The translations under genes were made by a program, and so were the position numbers. Shown here piece after piece: positions 1 to 9,383 of a DNA stretch of 64,000 nucleotides. The notes beneath the pieces are model-generated. The model had not been told where the DNA came from and did not search any database. It saw nothing but the letters and a program-made list of their open reading frames with translations. This stretch comes from an uncultured Gemmatimonadaceae bacterium (GTDB lineage Bacteria; Gemmatimonadota; Gemmatimonadetes; Gemmatimonadales; Gemmatimonadaceae): the NCBI GenBank assembly GCA_963740355.1, contig CAVUDW010000003.1, positions 1,856,001-1,920,000 of the forward strand, given 5' to 3'. The stretch's first letter is position 1. Each line of letters starts with the position of its first letter.

Positions 1-166
1 GCCACCGCTGGAGCAACGTGGCCGCTGTGAGCCCGCGCCCCGGAATGGGGCGCAGCTCGGCGATAGGTTGGCCGTCCATCGTGACAGTGAGCGTCTCGCC
101 GCCGGCGACGCGCTGCAGGACTCGGCCACCGTTATTGCGGAGTTCTCGGACGGAGATGTTGTCCAT
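1..166 (-). CDS. Phd/YefM-family (prevent-host-death) antitoxin, 3' end runs off the window
   Basis: Not in the ORF track. Manual translation from ATG at 166 gives MDNISVRELRNNGGRVLQRVAGGETLTVTMDGQPIAELRP, the typical Phd/YefM N-terminus (isvrELrn...l.rv..Ge.l.vT..G.PiA.l.P). Confidence 0.85.
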   Translation of the reverse strand, partial: MDNISVRELRNNGGRVLQRVAGGETLTVTMDGQPIAELRPIPGRGLTAATLLQRW

Positions 167-171
167 TCCGG

Positions 172-200
172 ATTGTATCACGCGTGAGACGGCGAGGCAA
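172..200 (-). promoter_or_regulatory. sigma70-type promoter with overlapping palindromic operator for the Phd TA operon (probably leaderless mRNA)
   Basis: Minus strand reads TTGCCT-17 bp-TACAAT, 5 nt before the ATG. Near-palindrome GTCTCACGCGTGATAC at 175-190 overlaps the spacer and -10. Confidence 0.7.
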
Positions 201-231
201 GCGTGGTTGTTTTTCGGCCGGTCTCCAGCCC

Positions 232-445
232 GATCTCAAAACGGGTATACCGACACAGCTCCCAGAGCGTGTGCCCGTGGAATGTGAAGTTCACGACCGA
301 GCTGCGTGAGCCGGCGTTTGCGCCGTGCGACCTCGTCGCCGAGCGCGCGTCGCGCGACGACTCGCGAGCGCTGGCGCGCGAGATCCTGATGATGGAGCCG
401 GTCGACTAAGCGAATACGTTCAAGGGTAGCGCCATCACGCTCGCA
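232..445 (+). pseudogene. queG: queG 3' fragment copy 1, preceded by conserved 26-bp junction motif (232-257)
   Basis: Translates QSVCPWNVKFTTELREPAFAP...SRALAREILMMEPVD*ANTFKGSAI, resembling the QueG C-terminus after the CDxCQxVCPWN Fe-S motif. Internal stop; no 5' part. Confidence 0.75.
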
Positions 446-535
446 GCAGGGATCGCGCGCGGCATCTTCCGCCAATTTCCATGCGGGCGGCGGCGAGTAT
501 GCGCGCCAGCGACTGGAGGATGCGAACGCGGGAGT

Positions 536-2725
536 CTACTTCCAGCGATATCGGAGGGCCACGTTCGCCATGAACCCTTCCAGCGGCGCCCAGACGTCGG
601 TCGTCCACCGGCCACCCATGCCCCTCGTACGTCGTACCAAGGAGTCAGTATCCGTCTGCCGCACGTTGAGCAGGTTCTCGAAATTGGCCACCAGCTCGAC
701 GGGTCCAAACTGCTTCGCCGCGATGGCCATCATGTACACGTAGGGCTTCGACGTGGTGCGGAAGGGATTGTCATCGAGAGGCTGTGCGCCAAACCACGTG
801 CCTTCAATGCCCATGCGATAGACACCGGGGCGCTCGAGCATCAGATCACCGCCCACGCGATGACGCGGCAGCAGCGGCATCGCTTCGCGCGTCCCCGTGA
901 ATGCATCGGGCCGACTGCCCCGGGAGTAGCCGTAGTTCGCGATGAACTTTCCGCCGGAGAAGCGCCAGACCGCGAGCGTTTCGATGCCGCCGACGCGCGT
1001 GCGCGCTGGGGCATTCTGTAGCAACGTCTCCCCTGCCGTCCCCACCCCGTCAGTCAGTTGCACGGCATCGGCGATGCTCGAGCCATACACGGTGAGCAGG
1101 ACTTCAGCCCGGAGCAGCGTGCCGTTGATGTCCAGCATCGCGCCGAGACTGCGTTCGGGATCGAGCGGTTGCGTCACGCGGACACCACGTAGCCCAGTCG
1201 CCTCCGTCTCTTCAGTCCGTCCAGTCAGTGCCGCGTACCCGTTGCCAACACTGCCGCGCACGGTCCATCCCTCCACTGGACGCGCGAGCAGCGCCACGCG
1301 CTCCGTGAGCTGCAGCCCCGCGTCGGGATGTGCGTCGGCGCGAACACTCGCGGAGACCGTCACGGGGCCGACGCCGCGTTCTGCCGTCACGAAGGCACCG
1401 GGAATGACCCAGCGATGATCGAACGTCGCGTTCAGTACGTTTTTGTAGTTGTCGAGCTGCACGACGCTGCCCAGCACGACTGCGCGCCGCTCCGCATCGA
1501 AGGCGCGCGTGACCTCGAGGAACCCTGTCGTGGTCTCGTCGTCCTCGCGTGCGCCCGGGCCGAACGCCCGCGCCCTCGCGCTGCCTGCAACGGCGAACCG
1601 CATCGACAGGCTGCCGCCCTTCATCGGAAGACGTGCTGTTCCGCCGATGTCGGCGCGCGTGCTGCGAAGCGCTTCGCGAAACGGCGTCCCATCCGGTGCG
1701 TTCGCCCCGCCGACGGTGCCGCCGACCCGATCATCGTATCCGACGCCCACCGTGAGGAACAGCGACCTCCCACGCGAGTCAACCGCGTGCAGTCGTGGAC
1801 GCAGGCTCCACCGCGACGCGCGCGATTGGTCCGCCCAGCCGTCGTCGTCGATGTCCTGCGCCGCCTGCGTCGTGCCGGCTGCAAGCAGCGACACACCAAC
1901 GCCCCTGCCGAAGCGATGACTGAGCCACGTCGCGCCGTCGGTCACGCCCAGCGTGCGGCGATTGAGCAGCAGCTCGTTCTGCCCGGTGGGTGGCTTCGAC
2001 ACCATGTTGATCACGCCACCCAACGCCTGTCCGCCGTACAGCGCCGACGCGGCGCCCTTGATGATCTCGACGCGCTGCAGATCGACCGGCGAGATGTCGA
2101 GCGGGCCCAACGCGCTCGCGCTGGCGCCATAGAGCGGCAACCCATCGGCGAGCATGACGGTGTACTGGCCCGGCAGTCCGAGAATACGCACGCTTCCCGT
2201 GCCCAGTCCGGGCGCTGCCGCCTGCACACGCAGCCCTGGCGTTTCGTTGAGCAGCATGCTGATGCCGCTGGGAGACATCAGCGTCTTCTCGTCGACTTCC
2301 ATCTCGTCGACGACTTCGACGCGGATCGGCGATGCACCGGCCAGACGTTCGATGCGCGTCGCGCTCACGCGCACCTCCGGCATTTGCATGGCCATCTCGC
2401 CCATTGCCGTGTTGCTCATGGTCGCGGTCACGATGACGGTGACTAGGCTATCGCGAACCACTCGCGTGGTGAGGCGGATGGGGGCGAAACCGATGCGCGT
2501 GACGGTGATGAGATGGCTTCCGACTGGCAGCACGAGCCGTGCAACGCCAGCGCTATCGCTCACGGCGCTCCGCCCGACCGACTGCACGAGAAAGCCCGCG
2601 ATCATTCCCATGGATTCCTGCACGGTGACGTGGACGCGTCCACTGTCGGCTTGCTGGCCGGAGAGCGGCGTGGCGCCAACGAGCAACGCGACAATGGCGA
2701 GCAGAGCGAGCAGTCGGTGCGTCAT
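536..2725 (-). CDS. TonB-dependent outer membrane receptor
   Basis: Signal peptide, carboxypeptidase-regulatory-like N-domain, plug motif RVEIIKGAASALYGGQALGGVIN, C-terminal ENLLN and LRYRWK. Confidence 0.9.
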   Translation of the reverse strand: MTHRLLALLAIVALLVGATPLSGQQADSGRVHVTVQESMGMIAGFLVQSVGRSAVSDSAGVARLVLPVGSHLITVTRIGFAPIRLTTRVVRDSLVTVIVTATMSNTAMGEMAMQMPEVRVSATRIERLAGASPIRVEVVDEMEVDEKTLMSPSGISMLLNETPGLRVQAAAPGLGTGSVRILGLPGQYTVMLADGLPLYGASASALGPLDISPVDLQRVEIIKGAASALYGGQALGGVINMVSKPPTGQNELLLNRRTLGVTDGATWLSHRFGRGVGVSLLAAGTTQAAQDIDDDGWADQSRASRWSLRPRLHAVDSRGRSLFLTVGVGYDDRVGGTVGGANAPDGTPFREALRSTRADIGGTARLPMKGGSLSMRFAVAGSARARAFGPGAREDDETTTGFLEVTRAFDAERRAVVLGSVVQLDNYKNVLNATFDHRWVIPGAFVTAERGVGPVTVSASVRADAHPDAGLQLTERVALLARPVEGWTVRGSVGNGYAALTGRTEETEATGLRGVRVTQPLDPERSLGAMLDINGTLLRAEVLLTVYGSSIADAVQLTDGVGTAGETLLQNAPARTRVGGIETLAVWRFSGGKFIANYGYSRGSRPDAFTGTREAMPLLPRHRVGGDLMLERPGVYRMGIEGTWFGAQPLDDNPFRTTSKPYVYMMAIAAKQFGPVELVANFENLLNVRQTDTDSLVRRTRGMGGRWTTDVWAPLEGFMANVALRYRWK

Positions 2726-2781
2726 GTGTGAACGTTAGCAGCCGTCAGCAACTCGCGGCTCGTGGCACGATCCCGCCTCCC

Positions 2782-2881
2782 GTGTCGCAGAATCTTTCAC
2801 GGACTCGCCGTTCCGGGCGCGATCGTTTTTGGACGGGAAAGACGCGCTGACGCTGGCGATGCCGCGGTGGTGCTGGAGAAC
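2782..2881 (+). pseudogene. queG: queG 3' fragment copy 2 (internally deleted)
   Basis: Encodes DSPFRARSFLDGKDALTLA, then jumps directly to AAVVLEN. Aligns with the copies at 4395 and 10192. Confidence 0.65.
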
Positions 2882-3157
2882 TCGAGCAGGGAGCGCCCGG
2901 CGGCGCGCATGGTCTGGCGTTCTGGGTTCAGAATCGAGGAACGATCATGGACCCTGACCGCATGGCTTCGACGGGCATGCTGCCGGACTACCCGTCAACC
3001 ATGGACCCGGGCAATACCGTCGCAAGTGACTAGGAATGTCCTATTCGTCGTGTTCGCCATGCGGCGAATTCCGTATGGGCGCAGCACCTAGGCTGGCGGC
3101 GTCATACGAAAGAATCGCTAGCTTTCGTCGCATGACGCTTCCACACGCCAGCGCCCA

Positions 3158-4096
3158 ATGAGCGCCGGCCTCCTCGCACTCGTCGACGATCTCACCGCCC
3201 TCGCCAAGCTCGTCGCATCCTCCGTGGACGATGCCGCAGCGCAGGGCAGCAAAGCCATCGGCAAGGCCTCGGGCATCGTGATCGACGATGCCGCCGTGAC
3301 GCCACGTTACGTGATCGGATACGCGGCCGACCGTGAACTGCCGATCATCGCGAAGATCGCCAAGGGTTCGCTGGTCAACAAGCTGGTGATCCTGACGCCG
3401 GTCTGCCTGCTGCTGAACAGACTGGCGCCATGGCTGCTGACGCCGCTGCTCATGCTCGGCGGCCTCTATCTCGCCTTCGAAGGCTACGTGAAGGTGATGG
3501 AAATGGTACGAGGCAAGACGGTGACGACCGCTTCCGCAGCGGGTACGACGGCGGAGACTGGCGCCGCATCCGAAAAGGCGAAGGTCGCCGGCGCCGTGCG
3601 CACCGACTTCATCCTGTCGGCCGAGATCATGGCCATCACGCTCGCGACCGTGGCCACGGCGCCGTTCGTGACGCAGGTAGTCGTCCTGGTGCTCGTGGGC
3701 ATCGGCATGACTGTGCTGGTGTACGGCACCGTGGCGCTGATCGTGAAGGCCGACGACTTCGGCGCCTATCTCGCGCAGACGGGCAGTGGTGCCGCGCGCG
3801 CACTCGGTCGCGGTATCGTGGTCGGGATGCCGAAGCTGCTGGCCGCGCTCGGCTTCGTCGGCATGCTGGCGATGCTCTGGGTCGGTGGCGGCATCATCAC
3901 GCACGGCCTGCATGAACTCGGCGTGCATGGGCCGGAGGAGTTCGTGCAGCACCTCGGCGCGCTGGCAGGCGGCGCGGTGCCTGCGATGGCGGGTGCCGTG
4001 TCCTGGCTCGTGACGGCCGCAATCTCCGCCGTCATCGGTCTCGCGCTCGGCGCGATCGTCTCACCGATCGGACACAGGGTGCTGCCGGCGCACTGA
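3158..4096 (+). CDS. DUF808 family inner membrane protein (YedI-like)
   Basis: Motifs GLLALVDD, GIVIDDAAVTPRYV, RELPIIAKIAKGSLVNKL and GAVRTDFILSAEIM. Confidence 0.9.
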   Translation: MSAGLLALVDDLTALAKLVASSVDDAAAQGSKAIGKASGIVIDDAAVTPRYVIGYAADRELPIIAKIAKGSLVNKLVILTPVCLLLNRLAPWLLTPLLMLGGLYLAFEGYVKVMEMVRGKTVTTASAAGTTAETGAASEKAKVAGAVRTDFILSAEIMAITLATVATAPFVTQVVVLVLVGIGMTVLVYGTVALIVKADDFGAYLAQTGSGAARALGRGIVVGMPKLLAALGFVGMLAMLWVGGGIITHGLHELGVHGPEEFVQHLGALAGGAVPAMAGAVSWLVTAAISAVIGLALGAIVSPIGHRVLPAH

Positions 4097-4121
4097 CGTC
4101 GCGCGCTGTTTGTTCTCAGCG

Positions 4122-4390
4122 TCAGAACTTGCGGGTGTAGCCGACACGAACGACCTGCCTCTCCAGGCAGTCGGTGCGCAGCAGTTGAAAGTTCGTCAAG
4201 CGGATCGTGCGTCGCCTGATTCGTGTTCAGCACGTCAGTGGCGTTGACCACGATCTCACCCTTGCCACTTTGTACCGAGACTTTCGCTCGAAGATCGCGC
4301 GAAAAGCGGCTGCCGATGCGGCCCTGCGGCAGCAGGTCCGGCGCGAGATACTCGCCCGACACCTGCGCTTGCCTGTCATGGGGCAGTCGC
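4122..4390 (-). pseudogene. C-terminal remnant of a TonB-dependent receptor / outer-membrane beta-barrel
   Basis: YLAPDLLPQGRIGSRFSRDL...GKGEIVVNATDVLNT, then a frameshift to RTDCLERQVVRVGYTRKF* (terminal Phe). The 5' part is missing and the remnant ends at the queG fragment. Confidence 0.7.
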
Positions 4391-4394
4391 AACA

Positions 4395-4568
4395 CGGGCG
4401 CGGGAGTTCATCGCGGAGAAAGACTTGCGCACGCTGGCGCAGGACATCCTCGCGCCGGATCGGGAGCAGTTCAGCGCGGCGCTCCGGAAGTCACCGATGA
4501 AGCGGGCGATATTGGCTGGATTGCGGCGGAATGCGGCTTTGGTGGTCACCAACGATGCCGAACGGTGA
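4395..4568 (+). pseudogene. queG: queG 3' fragment copy 3
   Basis: RAREFIAEKDLRTLAQDILAPDREQFSAALRKSPMKRAILAGLRRNAALVVTNDAER* matches the QueG motif F..SPMKRAK..GL.RNAAVVLGN. Confidence 0.8.
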
Positions 4569-4905
4569 CGTTCGTCAGGCGCGACCCATTCTCGTGGCCT
4601 GAAGTCATTGCGCCAGTGATGGTTTCCGTGTGAGCGCGGCCGGACGAGACGTCACCACCGGGCACGCGGGAATGCGTGCGTCAGACCGGCTGACACGGTT
4701 TCCACGACGCTCCGAGTCAAGTCGCAGACCCCACGCTACGTGGCCAACCGGTCGAGGCCGTCTTCGCCCGCGAGAGAATACGCCTCCATGACGCGGAGCA
4801 GGAACTTTGTACTGAAACTTCCGTACGTCATGCCACGCGTGACCCATCCGACAGGCAGCCTCTTTGTCACACTCGACGTCGTCTCCTCTCTCACCCGACA
4901 GCCCG

Positions 4906-6135
4906 ATGACCATCAGCATGCTCGTCCGGTCTTTGATCGCCGCGGCGTTATTCGCACTGCCCGCCGTTGCTCAATCGTCGAGAGCACGTTCGGACGGGCG
5001 AGTGGAAATTTCGATCAACTCGACTGTGCTCGGTGCGAGTCGACGCGTCATTCTCGCGCCACCATACGGCGGAACGAGTACCGAGGCGCATGCGGTGCTG
5101 CTGCTGCTCGACGCGGATGACGAGCCGCAGTTCAACGCCGCTGTCGCGAACATCCGCTTCCTCGAGGATCGTGGAGCGATCCCGCGGCTGCTCGTTGTGG
5201 GTATTCCGAATGGTGCGACGCGCAATCGAGACCTTGCCCCCGCAGCAACCATGCAGACAAATGTCGCAGATCCGGCATTACGCGAGGGCCCGGAACGTTT
5301 CGCTCGCTTCCTCGAGTCGGAGGCGCTGCCCGCAGTACGCGCGAGGTTTCGTACCCTTCCGTACACGGTCATTGCCGGACACTCGCTTGGCGCGCTCTTC
5401 GTATTGCAGCTGATCGCGAACCGACCCGGACCCTACGCAGCGGCGATTGCGATGAGTCCGTCGCTGTGGTGGAGCAATGGCGCGCTCGGTGCGCCGTTCG
5501 CCGATGCCATCAAGCGTCTGCGATCGCCGTTTCGCTTATTTGTGTCGAGTGGTGCGTTCGAGCCGCGCATAGACAAGCCGACGCAGCAGTTCATCGCGAC
5601 ATTGGAATCCAACCCACCATTGGGTTCGCTCGACTTTCGGTCGCGACACTACCTGGACGACTCTCACGCTCTCACACCGCTCGTGAGCCTGACTGACGGG
5701 CTACGCTTCATCTTCGAACCGATCGGCTTGGCCGTCAGCGCGATGAACAAGCTTGACGGCGAGTCCGATTCCACGAGCATCGTCACGGCATTCTCCGGCG
5801 TGACGAAGCGCTACTCGGCCGGCGCAAGGGCAATCGGCCTGGATACGTTGCTCCCGGAGTCCTTCGCCCTCCAATCGGGCGCGTCCGTGCTGCGGAATAT
5901 GCAGAAGCCTGGCGCCGCGCGTGTCATTCTCAACTGGGCCGTGCAGGCCTATCCTCAGTCTGCCGCCGCCCACGAAACGTTCGCCGACGCGCTGGTAGCC
6001 GCTGGTGACACTTTGCTGGCCCACACGGAATACGCGCGAGCGATCGTGCTCGCGAGTGCTGCCGGCGATTCGTCGGTCAGTGGCATTCGCGCCAAGCAGC
6101 GCGCCATCAAGCAACCGGTTCCACCGCCCCGCTGA
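4906..6135 (+). CDS. Secreted alpha/beta-hydrolase, putative esterase (IroE/Fes-like) with TPR-like C-terminus
   Basis: Signal peptide, LVVGIPN, RNRDLAP, nucleophile motif GHSLGA, and SPSLWW. Confidence 0.85.
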   Translation: MTISMLVRSLIAAALFALPAVAQSSRARSDGRVEISINSTVLGASRRVILAPPYGGTSTEAHAVLLLLDADDEPQFNAAVANIRFLEDRGAIPRLLVVGIPNGATRNRDLAPAATMQTNVADPALREGPERFARFLESEALPAVRARFRTLPYTVIAGHSLGALFVLQLIANRPGPYAAAIAMSPSLWWSNGALGAPFADAIKRLRSPFRLFVSSGAFEPRIDKPTQQFIATLESNPPLGSLDFRSRHYLDDSHALTPLVSLTDGLRFIFEPIGLAVSAMNKLDGESDSTSIVTAFSGVTKRYSAGARAIGLDTLLPESFALQSGASVLRNMQKPGAARVILNWAVQAYPQSAAAHETFADALVAAGDTLLAHTEYARAIVLASAAGDSSVSGIRAKQRAIKQPVPPPR

Positions 6136-6428
6136 TTCGCGACACGATTCGTCGCAGGCAGCAGCAGCCAGTCCCCTGGAACGCGCACATCAGAAGAACG
6201 CGCACATGTCCAGCGCGACGCCGTAGTCGCCGCGCATTGCAGCACCCCAGAAGCCGAGCGAGGTGCGCCCGTATGCGCATCGATGCGGTTTCGTGGCGCG
6301 AAAGGGGAGTGCGCCGTGATCCCTCGAAACTTTGGCGCCCCGTAGCCACGCACGCACGTCGGCCTACGGCTCGCAACGACCCACTCGTCCCGTGCGGCGT
6401 CCGTGTCGCCCCTTCGCGGTGACACCGA

Positions 6429-6980
6429 TTGCCGCGCGCACCTACGTTCGGCGCATCCCCAACCCCGAACAGGAGCGCATCATCATGCCCACTGCTATGG
6501 ATCGTCACCATCGTCGCGCGTGCGAGGCTCTCGGCGGTGTCCGGTGCCGCGCTGGCCGCCACCCTGCTGGCAGCTGGGACGGCGCGAGCGCAGTCGACAC
6601 GGTCACTGGCCGTTACGCGCCCCGCGCAGGCCGCTGCAGATACGACCATTCTTTCGAGCGGCCCTGACCTGCAGGGGCTCTGGGACTTCGCAATGCGCGT
6701 AGGCGACCGACCGTCCACCGGCTTCTTCGCGCTCGGCCCCGTCGAACGGGGATGGGCTGGCTCGCTCACGCCATACCTCACGAACACGCTGGCGATCCGC
6801 CTGCTCACCGTGGACGGGGACTCGGTGCGGATGGTCGTTGCGTCGCGGGAGGGCGATGTGCGATTTCATGGGCGGCTGACCGACAACGGACGCACGATGG
6901 AAGGCATCGTGGACTATCACGGCGGCGTGCGCGTTCCGATGACGGCCACGCGCCGCGCCCAGCCTGTCGCGCCACGCTGA
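6429..6980 (+). CDS. Hypothetical secreted protein (start uncertain)
   Basis: Signal-like segment AALAATLLAAGTARAQ, beta-rich body, directly upstream of the LytS/LytTR pair. The best RBS+ATG (6485) is out of frame. Confidence 0.6.
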   Translation: MPRAPTFGASPTPNRSASSCPLLWIVTIVARARLSAVSGAALAATLLAAGTARAQSTRSLAVTRPAQAAADTTILSSGPDLQGLWDFAMRVGDRPSTGFFALGPVERGWAGSLTPYLTNTLAIRLLTVDGDSVRMVVASREGDVRFHGRLTDNGRTMEGIVDYHGGVRVPMTATRRAQPVAPR

Positions 6981-6990
6981 GCCCAGCCGC

Positions 6991-8199
6991 ATGAGCGGAA
7001 TGGCCGTCCCCAATGCCCTTGATCGCACCGAGTCCCTCCCCGGATACTCAAAGGTGACGACACGCGCGCAAGAACTGGGGGATGTCGGCTCTTCGGAGTC
7101 GGCCACGGAGCGGCGTATCGTCCCGGTGGGGGCCGTCGTGCTGACGACGTTCTTTGCCCTGCTCTACGGGCTGCGCGGCAGCATCGCGGCCCTCGACCGT
7201 GGCGAGGATCCGCGCTGGGCGCAGCAGGTCGGCTGGTCACTCGCCATGTGGTGGACCTGCCTGCCACTGCTACCGCCGCTGGCGTCCCTCGTCCACCGGT
7301 TCCCGGTGGGACGCCCGCATCCGTGGAGGAACGCCGGCATCCTGCTGCTCGGCACGGCGACGGCCGCCTGGCTCCGGCACGTTGTGATGACCCCGGTCGT
7401 GGTGGCGATCACCGGTGTCCCCGACGTAGCGGCGAGCGCTGCCGCGCGGACTCTCACGTACTTCACCGTCTTCCTCGTGATGGTCGCGCTCCTCCACGCC
7501 TCTCACTACTACCGCGCGGAACGAGCCCGTGCAGTGCGCGAGGCAGCCCTTGCCCGAGGGCTCGCCGAGGCGCGGCTCGCCGCGCTGCGGACGCAACTGC
7601 ATCCGCACTTCGTCTTCAACGTGCTCAATGCGGTCACGACCCTCCTGCACGCCGACCCGATGGCGGCCGACCGAATGCTGACCCGCTTCGCGGCTCTATT
7701 GCGCGAGATACTGCACGAGGGGGCAGAAGAGCACGCGCTCGAGCGCGAGCTCGAGTTGTTGGCGCGCTACGTCGAACTGATGCAACTGCGTTTCGGTGAC
7801 CGCATCGTCGTGGAATGGGCCGTGGCCGATGCACCACTCGGCGCACGCGTGCCCTTTCTGGTCTTGCAGCCGCTGGTCGAGAACGCCTACGAACACGGGC
7901 TTGGCGGACGGGAAACGGGCGGACGCGTGCAGATCAGCGCGACACGCGCGGGCGACAGGCTTGAACTCGTCGTCGAGGACGATGGCGCGGGTCTCAGCGC
8001 TGAGGCAGGGTCGATCATCGGTCGAGGGAATGCGGAAACGGGTACTGGTATCGGCCTGCGCAACACGCGCGATCGCCTCGTGCAGCTCTACGGCGCGCAC
8101 GCCTCACTCGTGCTGGAGCGACCGTCGGATGGCGGTACGCGCGCGCGGGTGACGCTGCCGTTGATCGATGGACCGCACAGAAACGGGGCGCATCCATGA
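6991..8199 (+). CDS. LytS/YehU-type sensor histidine kinase
   Basis: TM segments, H-box LRTQLHPHFVFNVLN, LQPLVENA, VEDDGAG, GIGLRN. Confidence 0.92.
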   Translation: MSGMAVPNALDRTESLPGYSKVTTRAQELGDVGSSESATERRIVPVGAVVLTTFFALLYGLRGSIAALDRGEDPRWAQQVGWSLAMWWTCLPLLPPLASLVHRFPVGRPHPWRNAGILLLGTATAAWLRHVVMTPVVVAITGVPDVAASAAARTLTYFTVFLVMVALLHASHYYRAERARAVREAALARGLAEARLAALRTQLHPHFVFNVLNAVTTLLHADPMAADRMLTRFAALLREILHEGAEEHALERELELLARYVELMQLRFGDRIVVEWAVADAPLGARVPFLVLQPLVENAYEHGLGGRETGGRVQISATRAGDRLELVVEDDGAGLSAEAGSIIGRGNAETGTGIGLRNTRDRLVQLYGAHASLVLERPSDGGTRARVTLPLIDGPHRNGAHP

Positions 8200-9113
8200 A
8201 CGAACCGACGCGCGATCGGCGCGCGAGTCTTGCCGCCGAAAATCGAGGTTCCTGGAAGGTGCTGATTGCCGATGACGAGCCCCTCGCGCGCGCGCGCCTG
8301 CGTGCGCTGCTTGCGCGACATCCCGAGTTCGAGCTCACGGCGGAATGCGGAAGCGGCGCGGCGGTTCTCGCTGCGCTCCGCAACGGCCCCGCCGATGTGC
8401 TGCTCCTGGACATCCGCATGCCCGGCCTCGATGGCATCGCGACGGTGGAGGCTCTTGCCCAGGAAGCGCCATGGTCGGTGGAGCGGCCCCCATGCGTCGT
8501 CTTCGTCACGGCGAGCGAGGAGCACGCGATCCGTGCATTCGATCTGGATGCGGTCGACTACCTCGTGAAGCCGGTCGACATCGATCGCTTCGATCGGGCG
8601 ATGCGGCGACTGCTCGAGACGCTCGGGTCACCGTCCCACGCCCCCGATGCCGCAGCCATCGCGGCGGCCGATGCGGCGCTTCGGGGCGCGCTGCAGGCCC
8701 TGCATGGCGACGCGCCCGCGCCAGCCAGCGGCATCGCCGGGGGCTCCGCCTCCCACGCACGAACTGGGGCCGTATCGGAGGACAGGTATGCGAAGCGATT
8801 CGTGATCCGCGACGCGCGAGGGATGCATTTCGTGGCCGTCGCGGACGTCGACCGTGTCGAGGCGGAGGGCAACTACGTGGCGGTCTTCGCCGCGGGGCGA
8901 CGGCATCTCGTGCGTGAGTCGCTCAATGCCATCGCATCGCGGCTCGACCCGGCGGAGTTTGTGCGGGTGCATCGGTCGCATGTCGTACGGATCGACCGGA
9001 TTCGCCGCCTGGAACCCTGTGGCCATGGCGAGTACGACCTCACGCTGGGAGACGGCACCCGACTGACCTCGAGCCGGAGCTATCGGGAGCAAGTACGGCG
9101 ACTGCTCCGCTGA
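8196..9113 (+). CDS. LytTR family response regulator
   Basis: Receiver motifs IADDEPLAR, LLDIRMPGLDG, DYLVKP; LytTR motifs AEGNYV and FVRVHRSHVV. 4-bp overlap with the kinase. Confidence 0.93.
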   Translation: MNEPTRDRRASLAAENRGSWKVLIADDEPLARARLRALLARHPEFELTAECGSGAAVLAALRNGPADVLLLDIRMPGLDGIATVEALAQEAPWSVERPPCVVFVTASEEHAIRAFDLDAVDYLVKPVDIDRFDRAMRRLLETLGSPSHAPDAAAIAAADAALRGALQALHGDAPAPASGIAGGSASHARTGAVSEDRYAKRFVIRDARGMHFVAVADVDRVEAEGNYVAVFAAGRRHLVRESLNAIASRLDPAEFVRVHRSHVVRIDRIRRLEPCGHGEYDLTLGDGTRLTSSRSYREQVRRLLR

Positions 9114-9209
9114 CGGAAGCGCGAGCCATGCTGCGAAATGCCGTGGGCATCACACGATGACGCGGTCGTCAGAAGACACGCGGGACCCGTGTCGGGACGC
9201 GGCAGCCGC

Positions 9210-9308
9210 GAGCTCAGCGCGGCGTTCCGGGAGTCACCGATGAAGCGGGCGAAGTTGGCGGAGCTCAGGCGGAATGCGGAGGTCGTACTCACCAATGCCG
9301 AGGCATGA
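9210..9308 (+). pseudogene. queG: queG 3' fragment copy 4
   Basis: ELSAAFRESPMKRAKLAELRRNAEVVLTNAEA*. Clear nucleotide similarity to 4470-4555 and 10358-10400. Confidence 0.8.
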
Positions 9309-9383
9309 TCACGACGAAGTGAGACCGCCGGGGCTGCATGCATCGCCGCGCGCACCATGACGCTCGCCGCAACGGTCTGTCAT

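Noticed and set aside
2730..3150. Cobalamin riboswitch upstream of the TonB receptor
   Set aside because: No B12-box motifs recognised on the minus strand; part of the interval is a queG fragment.
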